Shown here one piece after another: positions 25,880-39,300 of a stretch of 64,000 nt of DNA (the first letter of the stretch is position 1; each line of letters opens with the position of its first letter). The translations under genes and the position numbers were made by a program. Origin of the DNA: Eledone cirrhosa (lineage: Eukaryota); the NCBI GenBank assembly GCA_964016885.1, contig OZ024740.1, forward strand, positions 171,306,001 through 171,370,000, read 5' to 3'. Under the pieces are notes generated by a model that ran no database searches, had not been told where the DNA came from, and worked only from the letters and a program-made list of their open reading frames with translations.

Positions 25880-26340
25880 AGAGTCAATGTCCCCTCAATT
25901 CTGGCGCCAGCTGGATTTTCTAGGGTTGACGGGAAGAGATCTGATGATTTACCCTTGGGTTGGAGGTAGATACCTCGTATGAGATGCCACTGTAAGCGAC
26001 TTTTTTACACTTAAGATACTGTGGCAGACGTCGGAGTCATTGCCTCCGTAGCTGAACGGAATAAACTACTGAAATACGGCGATTCATCGGTTAACTGTAT
26101 TATTCAGCTGGTGACATAACAGACGTTTAGAGAAGCTGGATTGCTGGCGAAGTTTTTGTCATTGTTGGCCTTACTAAAGTATCAGGTGATGCTCGTAAAG
26201 GTGCTTGGCTATTCCAGCGCCTTAACTAAGCTATCCTGTACTGCAAAACGGTGTCTTGGCTTGCTTCAAAACCCTTTAGAGCGAAACACCACCATTCCCC
26301 GTATAGTGTGCATGTCCTCTCTGTTTTTCTCTTGCTATTC
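25880..26340 (-). mobile_element. Possible ancient RTE-like remnant
   Basis: Weak residual motifs (SVQLRRQ*LR, LQWH, PRKSSWRQ) in minus frames. Confidence 0.25.
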
Positions 26341-27268
26341 TCTTCTTGTTTGCCATATAAATTTGATTTACTTCTTTGTTAAGTATTTGATATGAGATAA
26401 ATTTCGATCCTTCTCTACTTATTAATAAGGCCTCTAATATATTTTTTGTTTGGAAATTTTAACATTTTCTTTAATTACTTAGCTCATTCACGTCTCTTAT
26501 AAGTAATCCTTCATTATTTTGGGTAATATTTCTTGTTGATAAAATTCGGACCAGATCTGTCTGTTAACCTATTCGTGCGCGCGTGTAAGAAAGAAAGAGA
26601 TAGAGAGTGGGAGTTATTATCTTTGTATTTCGATTCAAAATAAAACTGTTTATTGATAAACTGAAACCCGAAAGAAGACAAGACCAAAAAGTATTTGACT
26701 TATCTCCCTTCCATTATGTTTATCGATAAATAAATCATACTGTTGAAATTTTATGAAGTTTAGCAGAAAGTTAACAACGGTATATAAAAATAGAAAATGT
26801 GTGTGTGTATATATATATGGTTGTGATATGAATTACACAATAATCCTTTAAAAGGTTAGTCGTACGGCACTATACATATAACAGACTTATTAGCTTAATT
26901 TTAATGAGTATCGTAATTAAACATGAGAGAGCGCTTCACTTAACCTAGCAATACTTCCTTCATTCTCTTTTGTTTTGATGTTTACTAACTAATAAGGTTA
27001 GTTTGAAAGATTTCTTCGTCTCTTTCCTTATAATTTATTTCATGAGTGTAGTGTTGTGGCAGAAACGGTAGAGCATTGAACGAAATGTCTTAAATATTTA
27101 GTTTCTAGTTAGCCGAAATTGAGCGGCTATATGATCAAACATTCCATCTCTGACCATGAGTTTTTATTTTATGAAGGTGTAGTGTATCTAGGACAGTATT
27201 ATCCGTGTGACCTTATGGCTTTCTATTTTGTTGCCTAAATTTATAGCTCTTCATTATTTGATTTCTTT

Positions 27269-27448
27269 ATTGGCAGTATCGGTAGAGAGTCGGACGCCAT
27301 GCTTTCCAGCATAGTTACGTCCCTTTACGGTCTGAGTTCAAATCCCGCCGAGGTTAACTTTGCTTTTCATCCTTACGGGGTCGATAAAATAAAGAACCAA
27401 TAATGCACTGGGTAATTGCTGGCCTTGTGCCAAAAGTAGAAACAATTA
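27269..27448 (+). mobile_element. SINE family A
   Basis: Near identical to 33861 and 53161 copies. Confidence 0.9.
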
Positions 27449-28254
27449 ATTACATTGTTCGTTATATTTAATACGATTTCTTTTAATTCGCCTTATTAAA
27501 TTATACATAATTCAATGAGGCCTTCAAATATAAAACAGATTCTCTGTTGAATTTATCACCATGTAAACACTAATTTGAAATCGGCAGGTGATAGACAAGA
27601 AGGTTTTGTTCTTTTTCAATTTGAAATTAGTGTTTTTATGTGTATGGATGCGGTGTGGTGTCATTGGAATAATACGAGAAATATTCTATATTTTCTCTCA
27701 TACACGCTACATAGAACACTCATCAAACTATCTTAGAGAAATGATTTCTGATATTGTTCAGCTGATTGCAATTCTAAAAGGCTTCTTTGTATATATACTC
27801 GGTGTGCGCGCGCGCGAGTAATGCATTTGTTTTAATGTGTGCAAATGTGCATGCTTAAGATCTGATGTTTCTAGTAGCAGCTCTAGTTACTATGCATCTT
27901 GCAGCTGATCTCGCAGGCACACAAGAGAGAAATCGCCTTCGCAACCAACTAAAATTGTGATGGTAGTAGTAGTAGTAGTAGTAGTGGTGGTGAGAATGAC
28001 GATAGCAGTCTGCGACGCGCTTACATGATGGGGCTGGGGATCGAGAGTAGGGTGGCTCCGGTTAAACCAACCAGCCAGCTTGCTTGTGGTTAAAGTTAAA
28101 AAGTCAGCTGTGTATGTGCGCATTCACTAACGCTAGCACTAGGCCAGTGCTGCTTTCCATAGTACCAACAGAACTGTTGACCTAAAATAACTTCTTGTTC
28201 ACGGCATACCATATAGACAGATAACAGTTGCTGCAAAACGTCGATAGAAGCAGC

Positions 28255-28430
28255 TCTGTGATTGGCTGAGTATAAATAATTGTAGTTGGTTGTTGGAAAT
28301 GTGGACCAATTATGGACTGCGTGACTGAGATGTGTGCGAGTACGTGCGTACTGTGTATACGTGCGTGTGTCCGCGCAGGCGGATGTGTGTATGCGTGTGT
28401 GTTAGTGTCTGCACGACTGTCTGTCAGTTT
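28255..28430 (+). promoter_or_regulatory. Promoter-like motif cluster (inverted CCAAT, TATAAATA, CArG box)
   Basis: ATTGG 28261, TATAAATA 28271, CCAATTATGG 28306-28315, TCAGTT Inr-like 28424, in CpG-richer unique sequence. Confidence 0.35.
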
Positions 28431-31150
28431 CTGGCTTGCCTGCATCATAGGCAAGCAAACATTCGTTTTCTAACAGGATTTTTTATTTATTTATTTTTGT
28501 AAGCTCTCTCTTTTTCTTTCTCTCTCACTGTTTCTTCCTCTCTCAAACCATCTATATGGTATGTTGAGCGCTATATCTTGATCCTAATTGTCTGTTCGGC
28601 CTGTCTGTATACTGCACTCTCAACTACACTCACTCTACTGGGCTCTCTTAACAGCTGGTGTTCGTCGGATTGACTTTTCTGATATACCACAAAACAACTA
28701 GATTATACGGATCTAGACAACTTATTCCACTGTATTCTATATATACATACACACACACTATATATATATATATAATGAAAATATTTAAACATTTGTAAAC
28801 CATTTATAATCAACAGACAAGTGTCCTTTGTACAACACTCTCTCATCTATCCGTGCGTGTTTTGTTTTTTGTTAAACCTAACTTTCATTTATATCCACCC
28901 AGTCAGTCTTTTTTTTTTATGCTGACGATATTCTCTCAATCGACTACCTTCGAAGATCAACGAAATCGAACGATCGATCTTATGTTTCGCAGGGAAAATG
29001 TTCGTCTCCGGACATTTGGTTGCTGATCGCCGTGCAAAATTGTGTTTAGTAGTTTCCCCCGTTTCTCTACTTCCTTCCCATTGTTATTGTTTCTCTCCGC
29101 TGCAGCACCGATGAAGAGGACAAGTATTTCTCTGTAGCTTGGATGTTGGCTCCCTCTATCTATTTATCCCCCCTTCTCTCTCTCTCTCTCATCTACTCTT
29201 TACAAAACTTGCCAGTTTCACCTGTCAGATAGATGTGAAGTAGGCTTACGCCGGCATACTTTTTTCTAAGGTATGGCCTTCTGCATACTGAATTCAAAGG
29301 ATTACAGAATTAATCATGTTGGAGATGACTACACCTAATTCATTGATGAGTGAAAAATCTTTTATTACAAACCAGGCGCTCTGGCTACAACATGAGCAGA
29401 TGGCTCATCTGCAGACGATCAGGTTGAAGCGTATGTACTGTCTTCATTTATTGTTTGTTATTGTTGTGATTATTATTTTTAAAAAAACCTGCGCAGTTTA
29501 ACTCCTAATGTTCTATTAGGGAATGCTGATAACACAAGTAACAGTAAGATAATAAGGTCGATTTTATCAGTAATTAACCTTCTCGTACACATAGGTAGAT
29601 AGTTAAAATGAATTATCGTTGTTGTTATTTTATTGTTGTTGATATTGTGATACGGCAGCGTGTTAACAGTGAGTTGACTCCACTACTTTGTTTCGATTCA
29701 TGACCATTTCCTAGTTTCCACTCTCTGTCCTGTGAATCTATGTACATATTTTGATGTTGAAATTGATAACTTTTGCCTTAGCATTTAGTTAGTAGTAGCA
29801 GATACACTTTGCTTTTCACTGCTTCTGTAATTCGAACTAGCTGCTAGGATTATTTAATTCTTCTCTGTCGTTTGAGCTATTTGTATATGTATCTGATTGC
29901 TGTAACCACGTGCCAAAGTAAGCGCCACTTGCTGTGTGGTTTCTACATTTTATAGGCGCTTCTCGTCTCTACGCGCGGGCCTATATTTCTTATACTGATC
30001 GTGTTGATTGTATATTTTGTGTTGGCGAGGGTTCTGATAACGCTACATCTTTTGGCATGGTCCTATCTACAAGTGTGAGTCCCCTTTGAGGAAAGGTCTT
30101 GAGTAAAAGTCTCCTGATGACTACTGGACGTGAAATCGATGCTCTCCGCTTAGCATCTCCTTTGTTTATTGATCCGCCGTGTGGCCCCTGTTGCAAATCT
30201 TTGCTTACGTTCTTCAAACATGTAAACCTTTCTCTGGATATAACCAGCACATTGTGACTGTCTCGAATATACAGCATTTCATGTTATATAATGATATTAC
30301 CACTTGTTATAACACGGCGCACACACACACATCTGTCTGTATGTATGTATGTATGTATGTATGTATATATATATATAATATGTGTGAAATATTACAGTGT
30401 GTTTGAATGTTATGAAAATCAGGGAATCATCTTTAGTTGATTGATACTACTAAATAAAATAAAAAATCGTCTCCAGCTAACTTGCCTGTAAAGTCTCCCT
30501 TATTAATCCACTCGTGACTGGCTATTCTATATTTTATGAATATCAATCAGGTCGGCGCGCCGTTAGACACACCCAGTTTAGAGCGGCTTGGTAACAGCAC
30601 TGGTTAGTTAGCTACCAATTCGCATACGATTATCTCCGTCTCACTTTAAACTCAGCTAGAATATATATATATATATATATATTTTTTTTTTTTTTCAAAT
30701 GCGGAGAAAAATATTTTAAGGAAGCAACGAAATTCATTTATAAATATATATGAGTTAGTGAAGACATGAATTATTTGAATGTTTTAAATATTTTGAAGGA
30801 AATGCGCTCTTGATTTGTTTCACACACGCATTCTCATTATATACATAAACACTACAAGCATCGTGTATGTGCGTCTGTGTATAACACTCACACACAAAGG
30901 ATGTGTGTTGTAATGTATGATAATTATTCATATATTAGATATTTTGTCTGTTTGAAATAATATGAAAATAAATTAGTCATTAACATCACGGACAAAAACT
31001 AATTTGATTTTCCACTTGTTTTAATTTATGAATTGTGGATAGTCTTAGAATGGACATATCTTGTCGGTAATTTAGTTCTGAACAAGGCTTTTAATAAAAG
31101 CGTGAAATATTTGAACATTGGGTGGGTGACTTGCTTCTGTGTATGTGGGT

Positions 31151-31152
<2 letters not shown>

Positions 31153-31225
<73 letters not shown>

Positions 31226-31256
31226 CCTATATATATATATATATGTGTGTGTGTGT
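31153..31256. repeat. (CA)n, (TA)n, (TG)n compound microsatellite
   Basis: About 34 CA units seen directly. Confidence 0.95.
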
Positions 31257-33427
31257 GGTTGATTATCCAAAACTGACAGAAAGCATAGGTGCTATTGTAA
31301 TACAGTTTATATAAAAGGTTAGGTAATTGTCATTTTTAATTACACAAATAAACAAAATGATTAAATGCATACAGTTTCAGATATAGAAATGTAGTGAGGG
31401 GGTTACTTCGCTAGACTATGAAAACATCAAATGGCATTTATTTTTGGGGGTTGGGGGTGACACATTCACACACATAAAAATGATTGATATGATAGTTATA
31501 TAAATGTTAAGTGTAATCGTGATCATCAAATTTTGTGTTTTTACATTCTTTTATAACCGCTGCTCAAGAAAATTGATACCAGTTAAAGTTTTTTTTTAAT
31601 TGTAGGCTAACAAACTTCTTTTCTATATCTGAAATTGTGTTCATAGAATCATTTTCTTTATGTAATTAATATTAACTTATTAACCTATACTACATAACAA
31701 TAGCAACTATGCTCTCTGTCATCTTTGGTTAATTAAGCGCAACCAACAAAGAAGCAATGAATTATGTGGTGTGGTTCCAAAAGTTGTTAGAAATTCATAA
31801 CCAGAGTTATCTAATCTTATTTGTCTGATGAAATATCCTTTGATTTTATTACATATTATTTGGGGGAATTTTGAATTTGTTTCCACTTTAGTTGCATTGC
31901 TCACCTCAGATTTTTTTTTTCTAGTCAGTTATTGTTTTGTTTTTTTTGTCATTTTGTTCCACCGCTTTGTTCATTGTTCCATTATTGTGTCTATAGTATA
32001 ACTTGTAGATTGTGTCATGTGACACTGCCAATATTCTGTAGATTGTGTTGAACACTGTATCACAGATTGAATGACTATGTGACATAAGTAGTATTGCATG
32101 TATATGTTAATGACATGAGCAATATTACATGACATGACACAAGCAATATTGCAAAGATGTGTGTGTGTGTGTGCACGCAGCTTTGACACTATATCACAAA
32201 ATGTTTGTACATAGCACTAATAATATTATAAACTACTGAAAGTTATTTATTAATTTTTTTTGTTTTTTCTTTACAACTTGATTTTGTCTCATTTCTTCAC
32301 TGGACTTTATTATCTTTCTGATTCTTCTATTTCTACAATCTTTACTTCATGCAATGTCTCTTCTTCTCTTGATAGCCCTGGTTATCATTATTTTAGACAA
32401 GACCTAGTCGAGGGTTTCCTCACTAACCTTTCAAGCATTTACCTTCAACATATCTATTTCTCCTGATTTTTAGGTGGTAACCTTAATCTACATCAACACT
32501 TTACCCATAAGTGCTTTTAGCAGAGTCCATTCTGTTGCAAATATTCAGGCCAGGCCTCTTGAGAATAATGTCTTGCCTTCCTTCCACCAGTCTCAGTGGT
32601 CCTGAATAAGGCCTTGGACTCTGCCTTGCCACCTCCTATTCAGTCATATAAAATGAAGATCAAAAGAAAAGAAAACATTTAGTCTGGGAAGACCTAGAAA
32701 ATTTTGAGTTCTATCTCACATTTTGAGACTAATTGTTAAAAGGAATTTTGAAATAACTCTGGGGGGTTCATTAAATTTCCTTTGCAAGTTCTGTCACGTT
32801 GCCATTACAATAGATTCATTCATATCTTGGTCAGAAATACCAACATAACACACACTATTATATGAACACTTAGAAACGAGATTGCTTATAATATGATCTT
32901 GTCTCTACTAGTAGTGGGTGGGAGTATAACATTTTAAGCATAGCTGGAATACTCTAGCTCAGCTGGTCAAAACTTTTACTTTTTCTTTATGTATATATAT
33001 TATTGTATGTGTAATCTTGATTATGTTATCTTTTAGCAAACAAAAAAAGGCTTGAGATAGTCTATCCAGTTTGCAGCTTTGAAATTTCATGTTATTATGA
33101 GATTCCCTGAAAGTTGCTTTATCGAACTGGCTGTATGCTTTACATAAGCAAACTAATAATGTCTGTTGCTAAAGCAACTGTGCAGTGGTCATATTGTTAT
33201 ATTCTCAAAAGTTGTAGAGTCAAGATGGCCAATGTGATTGGGTACCGAACTACTTGTTCATTGCTTGCATTCAGGTCTGCTGCAGTTGTTTTGTTGTATT
33301 TTAGGGTGGGGAGAGCACTTTAGTCTACATTACCTCAGTTCATTTATTGTCAAGAATAAGTGCTGGAACATCTGAGAAATGGTATTTGCTGATCTGTTGT
33401 TATATAGCCAAAACTAAGTTGTGACTC

Positions 33428-33714
33428 TTAACCATTTTGACACCAAGCTGCTTGAAACTGGCCTTGGTTTAATGTTACAAACTGCCCATTTTAAAGTGTT
33501 CAATTTTATATTAAAACTTTCCACCATAATTTTATTTAAGAAATTTTAAAGTGATGTTCCAAACATCAGCTTAATGAAAAAGTTATGGACGTTAAACGAA
33601 GATGATGATGATGATGATGATATTGTTAAATTCCTCCAATTTTTCTTTTCACTATTTTAAAAATCTATTGAAACATAGCGTGTTTTATTAGAAATATGAT
33701 AACAAAAGGATTAA
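33428..33714. mobile_element. piggyBac-like MITE with inserted RTE-tail (GAT)n fragment
   Basis: ttaaccattttgacacca...aacaaaaggattaa; ggacgttaaacg(aa)(gat)n inside. Confidence 0.6.
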
Positions 33715-33860
33715 AAGTCTCTAAAACCTTTTGGTGTCATTAAATAATTTTATCACATACCTGATACTACAAAGGACGAGTACTTTCTATTGGCCAGTAT
33801 GACCTTTCATAGGTAATTTATGAAATATTACTATTAAGTATCATTATCATTTTCTTGTGA

Positions 33861-34040
33861 ATTGGCAGTATCGGTGGAGGGTCAGACGCCATGCTGTCCA
33901 GCATAGTTACGTCCCTTTACGATCTGAGTTCAAATCCCGCCGAGGTTGACTTTGCCTTTCATCCTTACGGGGTCGATAAAATAAAGTACCAGTAATGCAC
34001 TGGGTAATTGCTGGCCTTGTGCCTAAAGTAGAAACAATTA
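33861..34040 (+). mobile_element. SINE family A with 17-bp target-site duplication
   Basis: attatcattttcttgtg at 33843-33859 and 34037-34053. Confidence 0.9.
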
Positions 34041-34774
34041 TCATTTTCTTGTGGTGTTTATTCCTTTTGATTTTCTTTAACCCTTTTGATAACAAACCTG
34101 AAGCTGCTCTTTGTATGATACAAAATATATTTATTTTACAATGTTGTTAATTTAGAAATAAGTTATGATTGCATTAAATTAAATAAAATGTTTAATTTAT
34201 TTTCAAGTTTGACTGTTAATTAAAGACACTTAATCCCTTATAGCACATTATTATTTCTTTAAGAAAATAATTTCCTATTAAAACTTAAAAAGAAAGACAT
34301 GTTAAAAATGATACTGCTTCTACAGAAGGATATTTTTTGAAGCCTCACTCATATTGTCAACGTAGGAGGAGGGACAATTTCATCTTACAACAACTGTTGA
34401 TTCTGCAAAACCTAAATACACCCGTATTAATTAGATTTTGTGTTTCAATGCGAAGGCAAAGGAAAATTATAAAAGAGGTCAATTTTGCTGAGATTTTAAA
34501 GGGTTTATCATGATCATCATCATTGTTTAACGTCCGCTTTCCCTATATTTATCGAAAATCCTTTCATCATAATTTAATGTAAATAAAAACTCTTGTTAAG
34601 TTATGCTCCGAACGCTAACTTAATAACAAGAAAATAAAACTTGATTATTTTCAAAATGATTTGAAAATCATAAGCAGCGTCTTTCATTAGAAATATGGTA
34701 ACGAAAAGGTTAAAAGTAAAAAGAATTAGAATACACAATAACAATTGTTTACCTATTTTGATTTCAATGAGATA

Positions 34775-35024
34775 TTAACCCTTTTGATACCAAATTGCTT
34801 GAAACTACCACTGATCCTGCGATACAAAACTGTTTAATTTAAAGTGTTTATATTTATCTAAAAACCGTTCGTTCATCATAAGAACTTTTGTTATATTACG
34901 AAATCCCTCTAAATTTTCAAAATCACTTGGAAAGTTTTTAAATAAAGATAAACCTTTTAAAATAAACAGTTTTGTATCATAGAACCAATGGTGGTTTCAA
35001 GCGGTTTGGTATTGAAAGGATTAA
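34775..35024. mobile_element. piggyBac-like MITE, fold-back form with two 'left' ends
   Basis: TTAA flanks; about 75-bp imperfect inverted arms. Confidence 0.65.
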
Positions 35025-35232
35025 ACATCTAACAGAAGTTGAAATTCCTACTCAGGTATTACTTAATTATATTACATACTTTTTGCTCCGTTTTATTTGG
35101 GAGGTTATCAAACAGCATAAGACTAATTTTTCTCCTATTCCTCTTTCTATATGGTAGTATGTTTGCTATCTCTACGTGGAAATATCAAAGTTATCAATGA
35201 AATCGATACCTTGTATCTTATGGACAAAACTG

Positions 35233-35481
35233 CCCCTTTTGATACCAAATGCCTGAAGATACACTTTGTTAAATGATACGAAACTGTTTTAAAGTTTATA
35301 TTTATATATAAACTTTCCACTATAATTCTATGTAAAAACCTTCAAGTTCTACTTCAAAGACTAGATAATGAATAGGGTTAGTTATATTAGGAAATCCATT
35401 TAAATCCCTGTATTATTTTTAAAATTATTGAAGAATTTTAGGCAGTTTTCAATTTTAAAAATATGGTAATAAAAGGTTTAA
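35233..35481. mobile_element. piggyBac-like MITE
   Basis: ccctttttgatacca...tatggtaataaaaggtttaa. Confidence 0.6.
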
Positions 35482-37020
35482 GGTGTTACTACATTTTCTA
35501 TTTTGAGGCCCTGTGTCTATGTTAGAGATCAAAATGATTCTACAATTTATTTTCCTCTTCTTTTTTATTTTAAGTATAATTTCCAAACAGAAATTAAAAT
35601 GTATTCCTTGTTAAGGAAAAGCAGAAACTCACTGATAATTGCTTTTTTTTTTTTTTTTTTTTTTTTTTTTTGGTAGTATGTATGAGAACATGGCACACAT
35701 ACACACACACACACTTTTTTGTGTGTGTACATACAATCCTTAATACTAAAATTCTGTCTATTTGTATGTGACTTCGTTCTAGATGAATCAATCGAGTTAA
35801 CATGAAACATGTTTTGGTTTATGTATTCTTAAATACATGAGCTTTTGAATAAAATAATTTGCATTAAATTGGATGCACTACAACTCATGCCATTAAGGGA
35901 TGTATTTTTATTATGAATCAGTACAGAAACCGGCAGTATAAGTAGCCATTTTACACTCACACGTTCAGTCACAACGAACGCCTTCAACCTGGAGATAACA
36001 TAATGATCGATTCCACCTGCTAGAAATAGCAGCCAGACACCATCAAGTCACAACGAAGGCCTTCACATAGTACAACAACTCGTAATGACCGATTCGACCT
36101 GCTAGAAATAACAGCCTGAATACGTGTATGTGTTGTGTCTATGTCCCATAACGAGTCTGTTCGATAAAATAAATACTGGGATCCAAAATGCCCTACTACA
36201 ATCGAGGTGGTGCCCCAGCATGACCGCAGACTAATGACTGAAAAGAATATATTAACAATGTTCAATTACATTTTCAATTGATACAACATTTGATCTATAC
36301 TTATATTTTTTTAAATGTCTAGAATTTATCTGAATGTTTTGTTTTGTTTTGTTATAAAACGAAATATTTTTCAAATATATTTATTTGATGATAAATAGTA
36401 TGGAAGGATATCTGTGACACAATCAAGTCGATGTTTGAATATATTAAAGAGTTTTGGTTGTTTTCTGGTTACTACTTTCAGTGGCTAATAGTTTGCTTGT
36501 GTCTGTTTATCATACTTAAAAAGGTTGATGTCAGGATAAAGTAGCTGGATCTCCATCGGTTTCAACACATGTACCCTTAATGTAATTCTTAGGCAAAATT
36601 AACGTGACCTATTATATGACAGGGCTATCCATTTAAATAATGGGTACAGTCCATTCAACAGGCTTCCACAGTGGCATCGAACCCAGAATCTCTTGAGTGT
36701 GAAGCAAACTTAACCACTAGGCCGTATACACACACATACCTAGACATATACGCACTATATTGAGAGTTACCTCCCCTTGCTGTAACGTATTTGTTTTTTG
36801 TTGTTTTCTTTTTTGTATCTGCAGTTTTCAATAATTTTTATTGCTGAGATTGATAGTAGTTTTCTAGAATTTTTAAATATTATCTACAAATGTTTTTCAA
36901 ATTAGAGATGTCACATGATTAATATTTTTAATGTAATGAGGGAGTTTAGGGATTAGAGAAAGGGAAAGGAGTTTCAAAAGATTTGAAACTTCACACAATT
37001 GAATTTATCCTGATATCATA

Positions 37021-37640
37021 TTATCCCTTTTGATATCAAATTGCCTCTATGATACACAGCTGTTTATTTTAAAGTATATCTAAATCTATCATAATATTTT
37101 GTAAAAACCTTTGATAACTTATGTTCCAAACACCAGCTTAATAAGGAGAAAGTTAATTGTATTACTAAATCCTTCCAAATATTTTTATTATTTTCAAAAT
37201 TATTAGAAATTTATAGTTTTTCATTAGAAATATAACGAAAAGGTTAGACTTTATAAGGTACTTATTTGACATACTTGTGGAACCTTTGTTAAGTTATGCC
37301 CATACACCAGTTAAGGAGAAAGTTAATTGTATTACTAAATCCTTCAAAATATTTTGATTATTTTCAAAATTATTAGAAAATTATAGGTTGTGTCTTTCAT
37401 TAATAATTGTTTCTACTTTTGGCACAAGGCCAGAAATTACCCAGTGCATTACTGGTACTTTATTTTATTGACCCCGTAAAGATGAAAGACAAAGTTAACC
37501 TCGGCGGGATTTGAACTCAGAATGGCAAGAGCCGTAACTCTATGTGTCAAGGCATGGCTTCCGACCCTCTACCGATACTGCCAATCCAGATATGGTAACA
37601 AAATGTTTAAAATTGATAAGGTACTTATTTAAACATACTA
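37021..37640. mobile_element. piggyBac-like MITE with tandem duplication of its 3' half
   Basis: aacctttg..aa.ttatg...aaggagaaagttaattgtattactaaatccttc...ataaggtacttattt occurs twice (about 37106 and 37281). Confidence 0.65.
37402..37588 (-). mobile_element. SINE family A
   Basis: Reverse-complement copy inserted in the duplicated MITE half. Confidence 0.9.
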
Positions 37641-38229
37641 CTGGGTTATTGTCGGGTATCATGTGTTTGTTTTGTCTACATAATCTACAGTATCTACTTA
37701 CCTCATTGATTTAAGGTTCTGGTTTTTATAAAAGCATTCAGCAGTTGATTGACAAAATCATTAAAAAGTTGGTAATTGTTCTAGCTATTTGTGTTCTGGA
37801 TTTAAATCCCACCTTATGATTTGAACTGAGATTAGTGAGACACAGTACTGTGGATATAATAAAATATCCAGGCTTGCTTTCTACCAGCTACATTTCTACG
37901 ATTCTACTTGGTGATATTTATAATTATGGTAAATATTTCTTTTATTAGTCACAAGGGCCCTTGTGGCTAATAATAATTGCAATAGTATGTTGGCTATAAC
38001 CTATTGTTTTCCTTATTCATACTCTACTTTACTATTAAAGATGTTGTAGGTAATTTTTCAAATCAAACCAGAAGTCCTGAACATGATTTATTTATTCTTC
38101 AGATAATCAGTAATTTAACCTCTCCCCTTCTCTCTCACACATTCTTACAAAAATATAAACATGTGCATACATGTTCTTGTATTCTTACTAAACATACATT
38201 TCTTGCAAGCAATCTACTGAACAGTTCTC

Positions 38230-39300
38230 CCTCCGGTACTTTAATGTCTGTGGACTTCAGTTCAGACATAATCCTATCAACCACCTCCTACAAACCACAC
38301 ATTTTATTCCTCTGAGATGCAAATTTATCATCTTCTATTTGGCCAGGCTACACTATATTCCAACTCCTTTGGAAAAGGTAATGTCTGCACTTACATTCCC
38401 TGCCACAGAGTTCTCTCGATTGAATATCAGCAATAAAGACTTCAAGTTAGTCATCCTCATCTGCTAGTTCTACTACCCTCAAAACCTCTCCAACCACTAA
38501 TAACTTTTCAACTATCTCTCATCCTGCACTGAAGACATCTTTTCAATTCATGACTTTCTGAAGTTGTTGACTTTTGGTTCTTGCACTCATACACTGACAC
38601 CAGGTACATTAAAGCTCTGCCAGTTCTTTGCTGAGCAAATGTGTTCCCTTTTGCCCAACCTGAAAGAGCTAAATGAGTGACTTATAAGTTTCTCTAGGGT
38701 GTAACTTTCTACATCCCTCACACAACAAAAGCCTACGTCTCCAAAAGCACCAGCTGACTCCCTTTCAGTTTTGTATAAGTAAAGAACATTGCTGAAATAA
38801 TTTTAAGTCACCCATATCACCAGCTGAGAAACATTTAACCGCCTACAAAACAACTATAATGTAGGCAAAGGGTGATTTAATCATGGCACAGCTTACAAGC
38901 TCTTCTACCTCCCTTTTTACAACTGAGGTTCATCTAACATTTCAGATTTTTAATTTTCATTATTCAACCAAGATAGTTCTGTAAGTATCACTCATCATCA
39001 TCCTATTGATAAAACTATTACCTACTTTGATTTCAACTTTACACTGCATGCATGCAACAAAACTCTTACTAAACCCTCCTCTCCTCTCTACTCTACTTAA
39101 TAAGCTGACCAATCTGATTTACCCTAAAATTATCCTTAAAAAGTGAACTCCAAAGCTCGCTCTTATCCTTCCCAATTCATGGAAATTCTAGACAGTTAAT
39201 CCACCTTCTCAGTGCACCTATCTCTCCTCCTCTCTTCAACCTTAACTGTGTCTAACTCTCCTAGGCTTTGCACTGAACAATTTGACTATTTCTTCTCTGA
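38230..39300 (+). mobile_element. Highly degraded LINE AP-endonuclease region
   Basis: Residual FNVCGLQ...INHLLQT / HILFL*D...PGYT, the N-terminal NxxGL...ET pattern; a similar remnant (DSPGYHYFRQD) at about 32270-32500. Confidence 0.35.

Noticed and set aside
30105-30150. CTGATGA...GAAA hammerhead-like core
   Set aside because: Stems I-III do not form and there is no valid NUH site.
31722-31752. miR-9-like start (tctttggtta) in a small hairpin
   Set aside because: Only 10 nt match and the hairpin is too short for a pre-miRNA.
35968-36117. CRISPR-like repeat-spacer pattern
   Set aside because: Only two imperfect units, eukaryotic repeat context, no cas genes.
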